64,000 nt of DNA from Eledone cirrhosa. Its lineage: Eukaryota. The notes below the pieces were generated by a model, which had not been told where the DNA came from, did no database searches, and worked only from the letters and a program-made list of their open reading frames with translations. Location of the stretch: assembly GCA_964016885.1 (NCBI GenBank), contig OZ024741.1, positions 300,204,001 through 300,268,000 of the forward strand, given 5' to 3'. Shown here one piece after another: positions 30,092-47,185 of the stretch. Numbering within the stretch: the first letter of the stretch is position 1; each line of letters begins with the position of its first letter. The position numbers and the translations under genes are program-made.

Positions 30092-30488
30092 TACTGTACG
30101 TATGTATGCATATATGTATGTACGTGTACATACTTATATTTAAGTATCAGCCGTACTAAGAGTGGGAAATGAAATTTCGTTTCATTTTTTTCGTTTATCG
30201 TTTTCGGTGCACCTGGCCGATTAACCCACTCGATATGCAAATTGGGCTACTCAGCCGTTAATATGCATAAGGTAAGTATATACGTTCAACACTCTGGCAG
30301 GAAGGTATACGTTGCTGACGATAGCTAATAAGCTTGAAACTAGTACAGTGTTCCTTTGTCAGTGTTGAACAAACGAGCAACGATGGTTGCTAGACACTAC
30401 GGCTTAATACGGGATGTTTGTTTACAAACACACCTAGCATTATAATAAATGTTCGGTGAATGCATACGTACATATATATATGTGTGCA

Positions 30489-30536
<48 letters not shown>

Positions 30537-30643
30537 CTACTGTACGTCTGTATGCATATATGTATGTGTGTGTACATACTTATATGTAAGTAACAGCCGT
30601 ACTAAGAGTGGGAAATGAAATTTCGTTTCATTTTTTCCGTTTA
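26560..30643. repeat. Satellite array: 8 full ~400-490-bp units (starts 27042, 27536, 27960, 28362, 28794, 29216, 29640, 30120), one partial unit, and one inverted, more diverged unit at 26560-27030
   Basis: Direct repetition; length varies in the internal (TA)n. Confidence 0.95.
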
Positions 30644-30664
30644 TATATATATATGTATATATAT

Positions 30665-32680
30665 ATTTATACTTGGGGAGGGTCATATTTGTGTAATATT
30701 GCCAGAGTTAATAACAGAACACACTCACTGTTTGGTTGGTTTTCGCTTCTCGCGGTCTTTTATATCTGCGATCTAACTTAATCGGTCCTCAATGTTGCCA
30801 TTGACTGACCGACGGTCAAAAATAATACAGATACAATATAGACACAAACACATATATATATAGTTTACATAATTTACATAAATCTTTCGTTGCACATCTG
30901 CAACATCGTCAGTGGTGTTATATTTTTTCCTCCTGTTGTGTTGTATGTCGACGCCATTTTTTTATTCAGTCTGTCTATATATTTATTTATTTATTTGCTT
31001 GTTTGTTTATTTTATTTTGTCTTCTTTGCGCATGCGTTTGCGTGTGTGTACAGTGTTGTGTGTGCTGTGTGACTAGTGTGTATAGTGTTGTGTCTGGTGG
31101 GTGACTAGTGTGTGTTTATGTGCTTGTTGTTATTGTGCTTGTGTATGTATTTATTTATCTTATTTTATTTTATTTATTTACTTATTTATATTTCTCTTAG
31201 GTCAGAGTTGTTTGTTTGGGTGTTGTTGTTGTTCCACTCATTCTTTCTGTTTAGCTTTGGTCTTTTAATTTCTATTTCACTGGCCTATCTGATTTGCCTA
31301 TCTGCTGGGTCATTCCTATGTTTAGATATTATTCTAATTTCTATATTGTCTATGTTACCGTCATGTTGTTGTCTAGCATGTTCGTATAGTACTGACCCGC
31401 TTTTTCGTCCTTTTAGTTCCCCCCAGTGTTGGTCTATCCATTCACCTATGCTACGAGCTGTCTCACCTATGTATGTTGTTGTCATGTTTCTGCAAGTACC
31501 CTCTGTACATCTTATGCTATAGACTACGTTTCTAGTTTTACAGTTTATCCGGGGGTTCACCTTACATATGATACATTTCCTATTGGTACAGTGGGTTTTC
31601 TTAAAAGGGTAGGTTTTGCTGATCAGGGATTTTATGGTGGTTCCTGGCTTTTCTACCACCTTTATTTTTAAGTGGGTCTTTCTCAGGGCCTTTCTACACT
31701 GGCTAGCTAATTTCCCTCCAGGGGTGGCGTCCACAAACATGACACTCTGATATCTCTGGTTGTCGTACCATGATGTGGCCTTCCCTATCTTACGTCTAGC
31801 CCTATCTAAGCTATTCCATGATTTGCTCCTGTATAGTGGGCAAATTCCTTTCATGTCCAGTTCTATGAGGGTCTTATACTTTTCCATGGCTCCTTCGTAT
31901 ACTCTGACTCTGTCTCTTTGGTTGTAGCCAGAGAACTGCATGCGGTTGATGAAGTGTTGGATGTGTCTTTCCATTTCTGTTGGGTCGCACATGCTGGACA
32001 CATTCTTCATCACTCGTACCAAATCTGCGATCAGAATATTAAACTTAGCACTACTGGACATTGCTGAGTTTTTGAGTATCAGGTATTTGGAGGCCATGGG
32101 TTTAGCATAGTGTGAGTGGAGAATTTGGGCTCTCTCGTCTATAGTGTTAATCCAGAGTTCTGTGTCTAATACAGGTAGTCTATTGTTAGGGTGTTTGGAA
32201 GGGAAGTCGATAGTTACAGTTATACTCTGGTGTATGGAATTAGCTATCTGCTGGATGCTTTCCATCGTGCTACGTTCTAAATCAAACTTGTTAGTGCTCT
32301 CTAGTGGGGGTGTTCTTATAACTATATTGATATCGTCTACATAACGAGAGTACATGATGAGGTCTATGGAGCTTTCATTAAGGAGATCTTATAGTCTCCT
32401 TTCCCACCATACCATGAAAAGGTTGGCAACATCACCAGCTATGCTGACGCCGATGGCCGCTCCCTCATTTTGGGTGTAGATTTTCTCATTGAATTTAAAT
32501 ATGTGGCCATTTAGGGTAGTTTTGATACTAGCCCCTATTGCATGTGCGACCATTTTTCTTACCTGATCAGTATTTTGGGGGGTCCGTATAGCTTTGGTCC
32601 ACCCAATCCACCTTCCTATGGGAGTCTGTTTAGCCATTGAGGTTATGGTGGGGGTCTACATCTTATAGGTCTACTAGGGC
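30665..32680 (-). mobile_element. 5'-truncated Penelope-like element (RT C-terminal half + GIY-YIG + pLTR with HHR at 30877-30914)
   Basis: GAAIGVSIAGDVANLFM, RYVDDI, LPVLD, CTNRKCIIC, NVVY..YIGETAR. Confidence 0.92.
31285..32637 (-). pseudogene. PLE RT/GIY-YIG coding remnant (ORFs 31285-32355 and 32389-32637)
   Basis: Peptides nearly identical to 40253-41641. Confidence 0.88.
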
Positions 32681-32738
32681 AGATAAACTATATATATATA
32701 TATTTACTATATATCACACTAAACTATATTTATATATA

Positions 32739-32834
<96 letters not shown>

Positions 32835-33254
32835 GCCCTTCTCAAACCATTACGATCCGATTTATATCAGCTACAATAGCTTTTGTGTATAATTAGCTCT
32901 TTCATAACAATGTGTTCTGGTATAAGGTTGTGAACAACTTCGAAGATAAACTTCCAAGTATGCGTGCCGTTTTACTTAATAAGGGATTTTAATGGAATTT
33001 AAATTTCGGAATGTTCACTTACCAATATCTTGAACAAACACCATTTTTCCTTTGAGGAAATGTTAACAATCCTGATCTGGAAGATTACATTATGGATCAT
33101 CGAACACTCATTTAAGTTATTCAACAACTGACGCAATCTCTACACTAGGATTGAATTTATAATTTGCAATTCGTAATTTCTGAAGTAGGATAAAAGCAGA
33201 ACTTAGACGTTTGTGTTTACGTCATATATATTATATATATATATATATATATAT

Positions 33255-33905
33255 TTCGTTTCTGAATTTGTTTAGCAAGATTCTTTATCTGAAATCGTGT
33301 GTTGAAACCGATATTGTTATACTTTGGGAGGGTCATGTTGCCAATAAGAAACACACGCACCAGTTGCTTTCACTTCAATTTATTATATATTTATAAATTT
33401 ATAAATTTACAAATTTACAAACTTATAAATTTCTGGTTGGTTGGTTGGTTCCACAACCAGATAGTTGTTTATATATAGTCATAGTCCTTTCGTCACACAC
33501 TCTGTGACCTCTTCAGTGACTGGGGATTCCTTTCTTCGTTTCTGTGCCTTTCCTTTCTTCTATCCTACGCCATTATGTTTCTGTGTGTGTGTTGTGTGCT
33601 CAGTTTGCGCATGCGCCACATCCGGGTGTCTGTGTGTGTTTGTGTTCATTTTTTTCATTTTTCTATTTGTTTATTTATTTATTTATTTATTTATTTATTG
33701 TTGTTTGGTTGTTTGTTCTATGTGTGTGTGTGTTTTCATTTTGTCCTGTGTTTGTTTTCATTTTGTGTGTGTTTTCATTTTGTCCTTAATTGTAAGTTGT
33801 GATGTTGCTGTTCCACTCATATTTTCTATTTAATTTTGGTTTTAACTCTTTTATGCTTACTGCCTCTGTAATTTGCCTAAACATTGCGTCTTTTCTGTGT
33901 GTGGA
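33255..33905 (-). mobile_element. PLE 3' fragment of a sister family, HHR at 33477-33521
   Basis: [30 protein letters not shown]; aguca CUGAAGA g gucaca-gagug-ugugac GAAA ggac UA ugacu. Confidence 0.85.
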
Positions 33906-33945
33906 TATCTTTGTGTATACATGTATATATATATGTATGTAGGTA

Positions 33946-33983
<38 letters not shown>

Positions 33984-34121
33984 TGTGTGTGTGTATGTAT
34001 GTATATGTATATATATATACATATATGTATGTAAATATATATATATATATACATATATATATTTATATATATAGATATGTATGTGTATATATATATACGT
34101 ATATATATAAATATATATATT

Positions 34122-34277
34122 ACGAAGGAATTGTGGTAAGGAACCAGATGGACCATAACGCACCAAAGTACTCAATACTTAGGGTAGTAGAGAGGGTAAT
34201 AGGAACAAGTGTGACCCCGATGGCAGAGCTTCAGCCGTCCAAACGGCTTGACGTCTGCCGTCGTGGTCATACTTGTT

Positions 34278-34282
<5 letters not shown>
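34122..34282 (-). mobile_element. pLTR terminal fragment with an 84-nt fold-back (34199-34282) built from the 3' half of an HHR
   Basis: The arms match GAAAC ggc-uugagcucu-gcc GUC gggg seen at 38863-38890. Confidence 0.7.
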
Positions 34283-34316
<34 letters not shown>

Positions 34317-34317
<1 letters not shown>

Positions 34318-34868
34318 TTATTCCGGGTTGAATCGGGGGTAATCACACTAAGTAAGGTACTCAATACATTACAGAGTATAAAAGTTTTAATATAGAAGAG
34401 CTTCTATAGGACTAGAACTGTTTTATTCGTGAGAAATCATCAGGAAGCTGGCTGTCCAAATAAGTGGTAGTATTTATATCTTTCCTTTTCAGATGGTAGG
34501 AGAGGGTGGGTTGTTTGGATGGGTGGGTGTCATTGGTTGAAGCATTTAAAGAAAAGGGAGTTCATTAAAAGCTAATTCTTTATAGCTATAATATTATGAA
34601 AGGCAGAAAAAATACTGTGAACAAATTCATAATTGGAATACCTATCCTTGTTTATCACTTAGTCTAACAATGCATGTAAGACAGGTGTCTACAGAATTGG
34701 TAGCGTTCAATGATTTAAAGAAAAGCGAAATTCTTTAGAAATTAATTATTTAAGGCTGAAATAAGGGTGACAAGGGCAGAAAGGGTTCCTTTACAGATTC
34801 AACTGTTGGGGTGAACCCCCTTATTGTGAAGTTTCACTTAATATATATTCCAGGTTTCGAAAGCACAT
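34317..34868 (-). mobile_element. Naiad-type pLTR/3' UTR fragment with a mutated HHR (GAAA to AAAA)
   Basis: Homologous to 23079-23213 and 53870-54070. Confidence 0.75.
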
Positions 34869-35016
34869 TCATACACACTTACATAAGTACGCACACATAC
34901 ACACACGCACACACAGGCAGGCACACTCACAACAAACATAGATAATGGTACATACACACATACATATATACAAATATATGCATACACATATACATACATA
35001 TGAGTACATACATACG

Positions 35017-35079
<63 letters not shown>

Positions 35080-35083
<4 letters not shown>

Positions 35084-35697
35084 GCTTTGGGAGGGTCATG
35101 TTCCCAATATGAAACGCACGCACCAGCAGCTTCCACACCAATTTATTATGAATTTAATTTACAAATTTAAGAATTTATAAATTTCCGGTTGGTTGGTTGG
35201 TTCCACAACGGGATGGTTGTTCATATATTGTCAAAGTTCTTTCGTCACACATTCTGTGACCTCTTCAGTGACGGGGGATTCTTTTCTTTATTTTTGTGCC
35301 TCTCCTTTGTTCTGTCCTACGCCATTTTGTTTTTGTGTGTGTTTTTGCTTAGTTTGAGGATGTGTTAAATCCAGGTGTCTGTGTGTGTTTATATATGTTT
35401 ATTTATTTGTTTATTTACATGTTACTGGTTGGCTGTTTGTTCTATGTGTGTGTGTGTTTTCATTTTGTCCTTAATTGTAAGTTGTGATATTGCTATTCCA
35501 TTCATGTTTTCTAGTTAATTTTGTTTGGAGTTCATTTATGTTTATTTCCTCTGTGATTTGTCTAAACATTGCGTCTTTTCTGTGTGTAGATTCTATCTTT
35601 ATTTCTATGTTCTCTAATTTACCCTTATGTTCTATTTTAGCATGTTGGTGGAGTACAGATGATTCTTTTCTATATTGAAGCTCTCGCCAGTGTTCAA
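35080..35697 (-). mobile_element. PLE 3' fragment (GIY-YIG C-terminus + pLTR, HHR at 35230-35272)
   Basis: [32 protein letters not shown]; homologous to 33255-33905. Confidence 0.85.
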
Positions 35698-35895
35698 TTA
35701 TATATATATATATGTACATACACATACATATATATATATATATATATACATACATACATACATATACATATATATATATATATACACGCACACACACACG
35801 TATATATATATTCATACGTACACACATACATATATACACACGTACACACATATACATACACAAACACATACATATACATACATAAATATATGCCA

Positions 35896-35962
<67 letters not shown>

Positions 35963-35963
<1 letters not shown>

Positions 35964-36183
35964 GAGGCGCGTGACTGAGTGGTTAGAGAATTAGATTCGC
36001 AATCGTGAGGTTGTGAGTTCGATTCCCGGACGAAGCGATGCGTTATGTCCTTGGACAAGACACTTTATTTAACGTTGCTCCTTCTACCTGGAGTTGCGAC
36101 CGATAGATAGTATTAGCAATTGGAAAGACCAATGGAAACACTGTTTCCTCGGTCCGATTTGACAAAAAGTCGATCGCCTGTCG
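35963..36183 (+). mobile_element. tRNA-head SINE inserted in (TA)n
   Basis: A box TGACTGAGTGG and B box GTTCGATTC, followed by a non-tRNA body. Confidence 0.75.
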
Positions 36184-36184
36184 A

Positions 36185-36236
<52 letters not shown>

Positions 36237-36249
36237 TATATATATATTA

Positions 36250-37920
36250 GACTTTACTAATCTACCTAGCTGTAGACTGATTAATCCGGCTAAATCCGAA
36301 GTTGGCCTTGCAAGTAAAAAATCTTAAGAAAAATAATTCTCAAATTAGAACTAAGACTGACTTATCACAGTGGCTATATACAGCCTCTGTTATTTCTTGG
36401 TTTAATAATATACAAGGTAAAAATAAGTGTAGATTTCCTCAATTTGATGTTGTGGATTGTTACCCCTCTATTACTGTTTTCTTATTAACTAAAGCCTTAG
36501 ATTTTGCAAGACCCTTCATTAATATTTCTAAATTAGAAGAAGACATTATCTTTCATGCTAGGAAAACTCTACTCTTTACTAATGAAAGTATTTGGGTTAA
36601 AAAATCAAACCCTGAAAACTCTTTTGATGTTGCAATGGGTTCATATGTCAGTGCGGATGTGTGTGACTTAGTAGGATTATTCCTTCTCCACACCCTTAAA
36701 GAGAAATTTCCTTCCACTAATATCGGTTTATACCATGACGACGGATTGGCAGTTTCTCATACCACCAACGGCCATAACCTTGATAAATTCCGTAAAGATT
36801 TAATCAATACTTTTGCTAATCTAAACCTTAAAATTACTATAGATACGAACCTTACCAATGCTAACTTTCTTGACATTACTCATGATCTACTCACTGCCTC
36901 TTTTAAACCGTATCATAAACCTAATGAAAATCTTAGATATAATAAAGCCCTTAATCTTATTATATTAAAGCCCTTAATAACAGCGTCTTTCCAGAACACA
37001 TTAAATATTTACCTACTCCTACCCCTAAACCTAATCACAATAATAGGAAAAGGAAAATTATTTGGTTTACACCCCTTTCTCTCTAACTGTCAAAACTAAT
37101 GTAGGAAGGAAATTCCTTGACCTCTTAGACAAACATTTTCCCCCTAATCATAGATATTATAACATATTTAATAGAAATATAGTTAAAATCAGTTACTCTT
37201 GCTGCCCATCAATGAAGTCTAAAATCACCAATTCTCAGCGTACGAGAATAAATCCAGGATGCAGTTGCAGGAAATCGGATGAATGCCCATTACAGGGAAA
37301 ATGTAATACCAAATCCGTTGTATATGAGGCCAAAGTGACACCTTGATTAACAACTAGCCAGCCAGGAGTGAACGATATGTTGGCATGACTCAGGACAGGT
37401 TCAAAACCAGGTTTTATGCACATGTCGCTTCTTTTAAACACTCTGATAAAAGAACAGCAACGGCTCTCGCAAATAAGGTGTGGGAATTCAAAGATAAAAA
37501 CATCACGTACTCTATCGATTGTTCTATTTTAGACCATTCGAGGGAATACTAAAGGGGCACAAAGAATTGTTCTTTGTGTACCACTGACAAATTTAGAATT
37601 TTACAAAACTTGAAAGCCACTTCAACTTGCCTGAACTCCAAGACCGAGATCTTCAGATGTTGTCCTCACCTGAAATTACAATTGCTCTGTAACTGGATTG
37701 ACATTCCTACGATGACTCTACCACCTTGAACATCTTCTCTGCTCTCTACGCCTTACATCCACTACAATTTGTATTACTCTCTGAACTCACTTTCTGTACT
37801 TTTATATTCTTTTTCTCCCTTATCTGCCCTTATATTTAAACTTTTTCCTATGTTGTTTATTTTCCTTATTACCCCCTACTTTCTACCTTACCCTTTACAT
37901 ACCCACCTTTTTTATTTATA
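36250..37920 (+). mobile_element. Decayed Naiad-type PLE (RT-GIY-YIG), 5'-truncated with an internal deletion
   Basis: LINPAKSE-like start, FDVAMGSY, GLYHDDGL, NFLDIT, KHFPPNH, CSCRKSDECPLQGKC..VVY, YVGMT..FKTR. Confidence 0.9.
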
Positions 37921-37953
37921 GATATTTATTTATGTGTGTATGTATGTGTTGTG

Positions 37954-37985
<32 letters not shown>

Positions 37986-38161
37986 GGTGTGTATATAATT
38001 ATATATATCTGTATGTATATGTATGTGTATATATATATGTGTGTGTGTGTGTTTATATGTGTGTGTGTATTTTTATTAAGGTAGTGAGGTAACTTTTTGT
38101 ATATATGTGTGTGTGTATATTAGTGTGTGTGTGTGTATTTAGATATATATATATATATATT

Positions 38162-38828
38162 TAATCAAGGTTTAGCAAATAAAAAATGTTAAAATAAATT
38201 TTAAAACATTCACTATACCAGTTATGGTTACCTTTACCGTACGGTTGCGAGTCTCAAAAATAAATGGAAAGTCCTTACGAGCCTCCATTGAAAAGAAAAA
38301 CTCTCGTCAGAAGGCTCTTTTCACTCGGCGAATATTAAATTCCTGAGTTCGAATTACGAACTGGCTCTATTCAAAATTGTTCCCGAGATGAGAATGAATG
38401 ATGTGGAAGCAATTCTGTACAGTGCTGTGTGCAAAGATAGAAGGCAGAGGGAGGTCAATCTACTACCACTAGAAATAGCAGCAGTCAAAACGACCAAATG
38501 TTATCTCCACCAGGGGGACATTAATAATAATAAAATATATATCCCTACACGCAAAATACATATAGGGACACATGTATTATCCACCCATGTGCCAATGTGG
38601 TTCTATGGCAGGTTAATAAATTAACGAGCCGGAACATATATAATCAAGGTTTAGCAAATAAGAAAAAGTTTTAAAATAAATTTTTAAAATTTCACTATAC
38701 CTGCTATGGTTACATTTCCCGTACGGTTTCGAGTCTCAAAAATAAATGGAAAGTCCTCAGAGGCCTCCATTGAAACGAAACACACTCGTCAGAAGGGTCT
38801 TTTCACTCCGAGAATATAAAATTCCGAG
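38162..38828 (-). mobile_element. ~1.4 tandem units of a 482-bp HHR-containing non-coding repeat (retrozyme-like)
   Basis: 38162-38350 is repeated at 38641-38828; HHR motifs at 38231-38314 and 38713-38796. Confidence 0.75.
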
Positions 38829-38901
38829 TATATATATATTTATATATATATATCCTAGCCGTCGAAACGGCTTGAGCTCTGCCGTCGGGGTCATACTTTT
38901 T

Positions 38902-38996
<95 letters not shown>

Positions 38997-39239
38997 ATTT
39001 TTATGGTTGTGTGTGTGTGTGTGTGTGTATGTGTATATGCATAATTACATACAGAGTATTTAATGTTTATTTTCATTGATTATTTGTTCCAGGACTTGTT
39101 GAGTGCTCTAAATCAGCTATAAACATTTATACCTTTTTCTATTTATTTATTTATTTATTATTTATCGTATTCCCAACTATTTGTTTACCTCTTCCACATT
39201 TTTATTTTTATATATATATAATATTTATGTATTTTCTTA

Positions 39240-43181
<3,942 letters not shown>

Positions 43182-43191
43182 CGTATATATA

Positions 43192-43828
43192 TAAACAAGG
43201 TTTAGCAAATAATTGTTTCTACTTTAGGCACAAGGCCAGCAATTACCCAGTGCATTACTGGTACTTTATTTTATGAAAAAGTTTCAAAATAAATTAAAAA
43301 AATTGACTTTACCTACTATAGTTACCTTTACCGCTCGGTTTCGAATCCCCAAAATAAACGGAGACCATACGGCCTTCGTTGCAAAGAGAGATTCTCGTCA
43401 GAAGGTTCTTTTCATTCGAAGAATATAAAATTCATGAATTTAAATTACGAACTAGCGCTATCAAAACTGTTCCTGGGATGAGAGTGGATGATGTAGAAAC
43501 AGGTTTATCAAGGGCCGAAGTAAAGATAGAGGCAGAAGGAGGTAGGTCAAACTAGCCGCAGCTATCACTAGCAGTAGTCAGAGCGACCAAATTTGTTCTC
43601 AACTTAGAGGAGAGAGTAGTAATAAGATATGTGTTCCTTCACGCACAAGGCGCTAAGGTACGCATGTATTGTCCAACCAAATGCCAGTGTGGTTCAATCG
43701 CAGGTTAATAAATTAACGAGCCAGAACAAATATAAACAAGGTTTAGCAAATAATGAAAAAGTTTCAAAATAAATTTAAAAAAATTGACTTTACCTACTAT
43801 AGTTACCTTTACCGATCGGTTTCGAATT
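43192..43828 (-). mobile_element. Diverged relative of the 482-bp repeat: intact HHR 43324-43406, second HHR half at 43805, SINE fragment inserted at 43214-43274
   Basis: accuu CUGACGA gaauc..gauuc GAAAC cgagcg GUA aaggu. Confidence 0.75.
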
Positions 43829-44176
43829 TGTGTGTGTATGTGTGTGTGTATATATTTATATGTATGTATGTGTATGTGTAAGTGTGTGTATTGCTTACCA
43901 CGTGTGTTTGTTTATTTATTTGTGTCCTTTCCTCTATCGCTGTCAATTTTATAATAATTTTTATTTTCTTAAGTGGTATATTTTTTTATTTTTATGTGAC
44001 GGCCTATTGCATTATATGGTTGTCGATTGTTTTTTATTTTTATTTTTTCTTATAATTAATTGTGTGTGTGCGTATTTACGTGTGTGTACATATATCTATA
44101 TATGTGTGTGCGTATGTATGCGTGTATAAATATGTGTATGTATGTGTGTGTATGTACGTGTGTATATATGTATGAT

Positions 44177-44218
<42 letters not shown>

Positions 44219-44315
44219 TGTGTGTGTGTGTTTGTGTGTTTATGTGTATGTGTATGTATGGATATATATATATATATGGATATATCCATACATACACATA
44301 TACATAAATACACAA

Positions 44316-44374
<59 letters not shown>

Positions 44375-44402
44375 TAATCATACATATATACACACGTACA
44401 TA

Positions 44403-44442
<40 letters not shown>

Positions 44443-44640
44443 GGTATATGTGTGTCTAAGTATATGTGTGTGTATGTATGTGTGTATGTATATGTGTGTG
44501 TACGTGTGTGTGTGTGCATGTGTGTTTGTCTACTTTTATATTTATTCTTTTTCCTTTCCTTCTTCCTTTTCCAGCCTCACTTTCATATAGATTATATATA
44601 TTTTTTTTAAATCCACTGTCAATAAATACACCAGGATTTT

Positions 44641-44701
44641 TTTCATTCTGATGACTGAAAGCCCATTTTGTTTGCTTTCGAGAAACGACTGGTAAATGAA
44701 A
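44641..44701 (+). ncRNA. Type I hammerhead ribozyme in a solo pLTR (about 44540-44797)
   Basis: uuucauu CUGAUGA cu gaaagc..gcuuuc ga GAAAC gacug GUA aaugaaa (7-bp stem I). Confidence 0.75.
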
Positions 44702-45239
44702 TAATTATCTTATGTTGTTTATTATATAACTAATAAGCTCTGTAACCTACATAGAGCACTCTTTTTTCCTGGACCTTTCCGACGGAATTACTTCATTCAT
44801 ACATATATATATATACATATATAAAGCGTGAAACAAAAAAACATTTCATTTGTGCTGCATCTTTGTTTTTTGGTTTTTTTAAATCTCTCTTCATATATTA
44901 AACTATATATATATATACACACCCATATACATACATACACATACACACACACAAATATATATACATATATACATATATAGTATACTAGGGAGAGGATCAG
45001 GGGTGTATAATACTCCACTTATCCAACAGGCAGTATAAGGTTAGCTCGATGTCTGAGGACAGAGCCGTGATATAATCAATAACAAAGAACGCCTATAGCA
45101 TATGCATATCTTTACTTGCTAACATTGTTTCATCCGCACTATAAGTGGGACTCATCAGAGCATAAAGGTTAATTACATACCACACAAGCAATAACAAATA
45201 CAAGACATTGAAGAAATAAAGAATGAAAAATAATAAAAG

Positions 45240-45810
45240 ATAAAAGATATTGAGGAAGTAAAAATAAAAATAAAAATAAAAATAAAAATAAACATTGAAA
45301 AATAAACAATGAAAATTAATTGAAAAATTAATTGAAACATAAGGGGTGCTATCAGTCACAGTTGGGCGGGGTGCTGTCAACATATAGTTACATACAAGCA
45401 TACACATGGATAAGAGAACAGACAAGAATAGATAAGATAGATAGGATTAGGTAAGAGTAGATAAAAAATAGGTGAAAAATAGGTAAAAAATAGACTTATA
45501 ATATATATAAGAAAATATAAAAAAACATACATATAAAATATAAAATATACAGATAATAGTGATACAGGGTAAGGAATGAAATAAAATAGAATAAAATAAT
45601 ATAAAATTAAAATTAAAATTATATAAAATAGAATATAATATAATATAATAATAAAATAAGATAAAATAAAATAAAATAAAATAAAATAAACTAAAATAAA
45701 ATAATATAATATAAGATATAATTAAATAAATAAAATTAAATAAATAAAATTAAATAAAATGAAATGAAATAAAATAAAATAAAATAAAATAAAATAAAAT
45801 AAAGTAAATT
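45240..45810. repeat. (TAAAA)n-rich low-complexity tracts within the Naiad A 3' region
   Basis: Direct. Confidence 0.85.
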
Positions 45811-47185
45811 GAGATAAGATATATATTTTTTTAGAATATATTTCTTGAATATATCAGGGGCCCACGAAGGCACTAAGTGTCACAGTTATCAGTATCACTT
45901 GACCATTGCAATGCAATGGAGACGTCCCAGGTTGGGCAGTCTCAAAAGTTCACTCGAAAGTCACGGGTGTGCATTCACACAGTTGAGCGGTGGGGTAATC
46001 ACAAACCGGTTCACACCCGGGCAGGAGTCCAATGGTCAACAGAGGTACATCGAAGGAAGGTAGGAGAATTCACGTGCATCAGCAAGAGGCAGACAGGTGG
46101 GCCGAAAGCAAGCAGGTGCAGGCGGGCTAGCCGAAAGCAAGCAGACACAGTTGGGTCAGGCGGGTTAATATGCATACTCAACAGCGCATACAAAAGATAT
46201 ATAAAAAATAAGATATATAAAAAATAGCTTCAAGAGCCAATATCATGAAGTCACCGCATTGGGACATCTCAAGATTATACACACCGATATGTTCAGCACG
46301 TATATGCACATATACACACCACATGCATATGCAGAGACGGTATACATATATATATATTTTTATATACAGACATATACAACCACCTACACCCATACACATA
46401 TAAATGTATACACAGACACACACGCACACACACACAGCGTAGGACACCCGGGTCAAAGCTGATATTAAACACAGAAATACCACATTAGGCAAGACCCACC
46501 ACCACGGATAATACATTCAAAATAAATACATACATACGATGAGATGCAGTAAAATAAATCAAATTGAAATCCTACGGAGATAATCATGTCCGCACGTGCC
46601 ATTGCCAGATTCAAGTGTACACAGACCGTTAGTAACTACGGAGGGCTATCGGGGCCAAAACGTTACTTTCGGGATAATAACAACGACCGTCAATATATGG
46701 AAGGCCAATCGTGCTAGAAAGACTACAACCCCGGGCAAGAGCTCCCAGAAGTCAGCCTGTAGATCTTAAACCACAGAATAGGAGGGCAACACGTACATGT
46801 GCAACGTATCTACTGCTTACGGCGAGATGGCACAGGTCCGCCCACAGTTACAGGCTAAATTTCTATTTGTGCAGCCTATATCACAGTACACGCTCTACAT
46901 AGATACATTACATCATAACTCATGCGCATACAGAGGTACAGACCCACCAATGCACCAATGGTGGGTAGGCGAACGTGGATGGGTTACATCCGCTGTGCCA
47001 AACAGGGGTGCTTATTAACATACACACCCACTCACCTGTACACCGCAATATCCAGATCAATATTCTCCCGCAGGCATACGTATACACTCACTGACTCATA
47101 TACATAGAAGACAAACAATAGGAGACAGTTACACACAATAAGAGACAGTTACACAAGATAGCCCAACTGGAGAATTAAGGAAGTG

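Noticed and set aside
27042-30643. Spliced-leader RNA or snRNA gene array; CRISPR array
   Set aside because: No U-rich Sm site downstream of the donor and no recognisable snRNA; the units are whole-length repeats with no unique spacers, in eukaryotic DNA
34199-34282. pre-miRNA-like hairpin
   Set aside because: Explained as an inverted duplication of a pLTR hammerhead half
35963-36035. tRNA gene
   Set aside because: The acceptor stem does not close and the sequence continues into a SINE body
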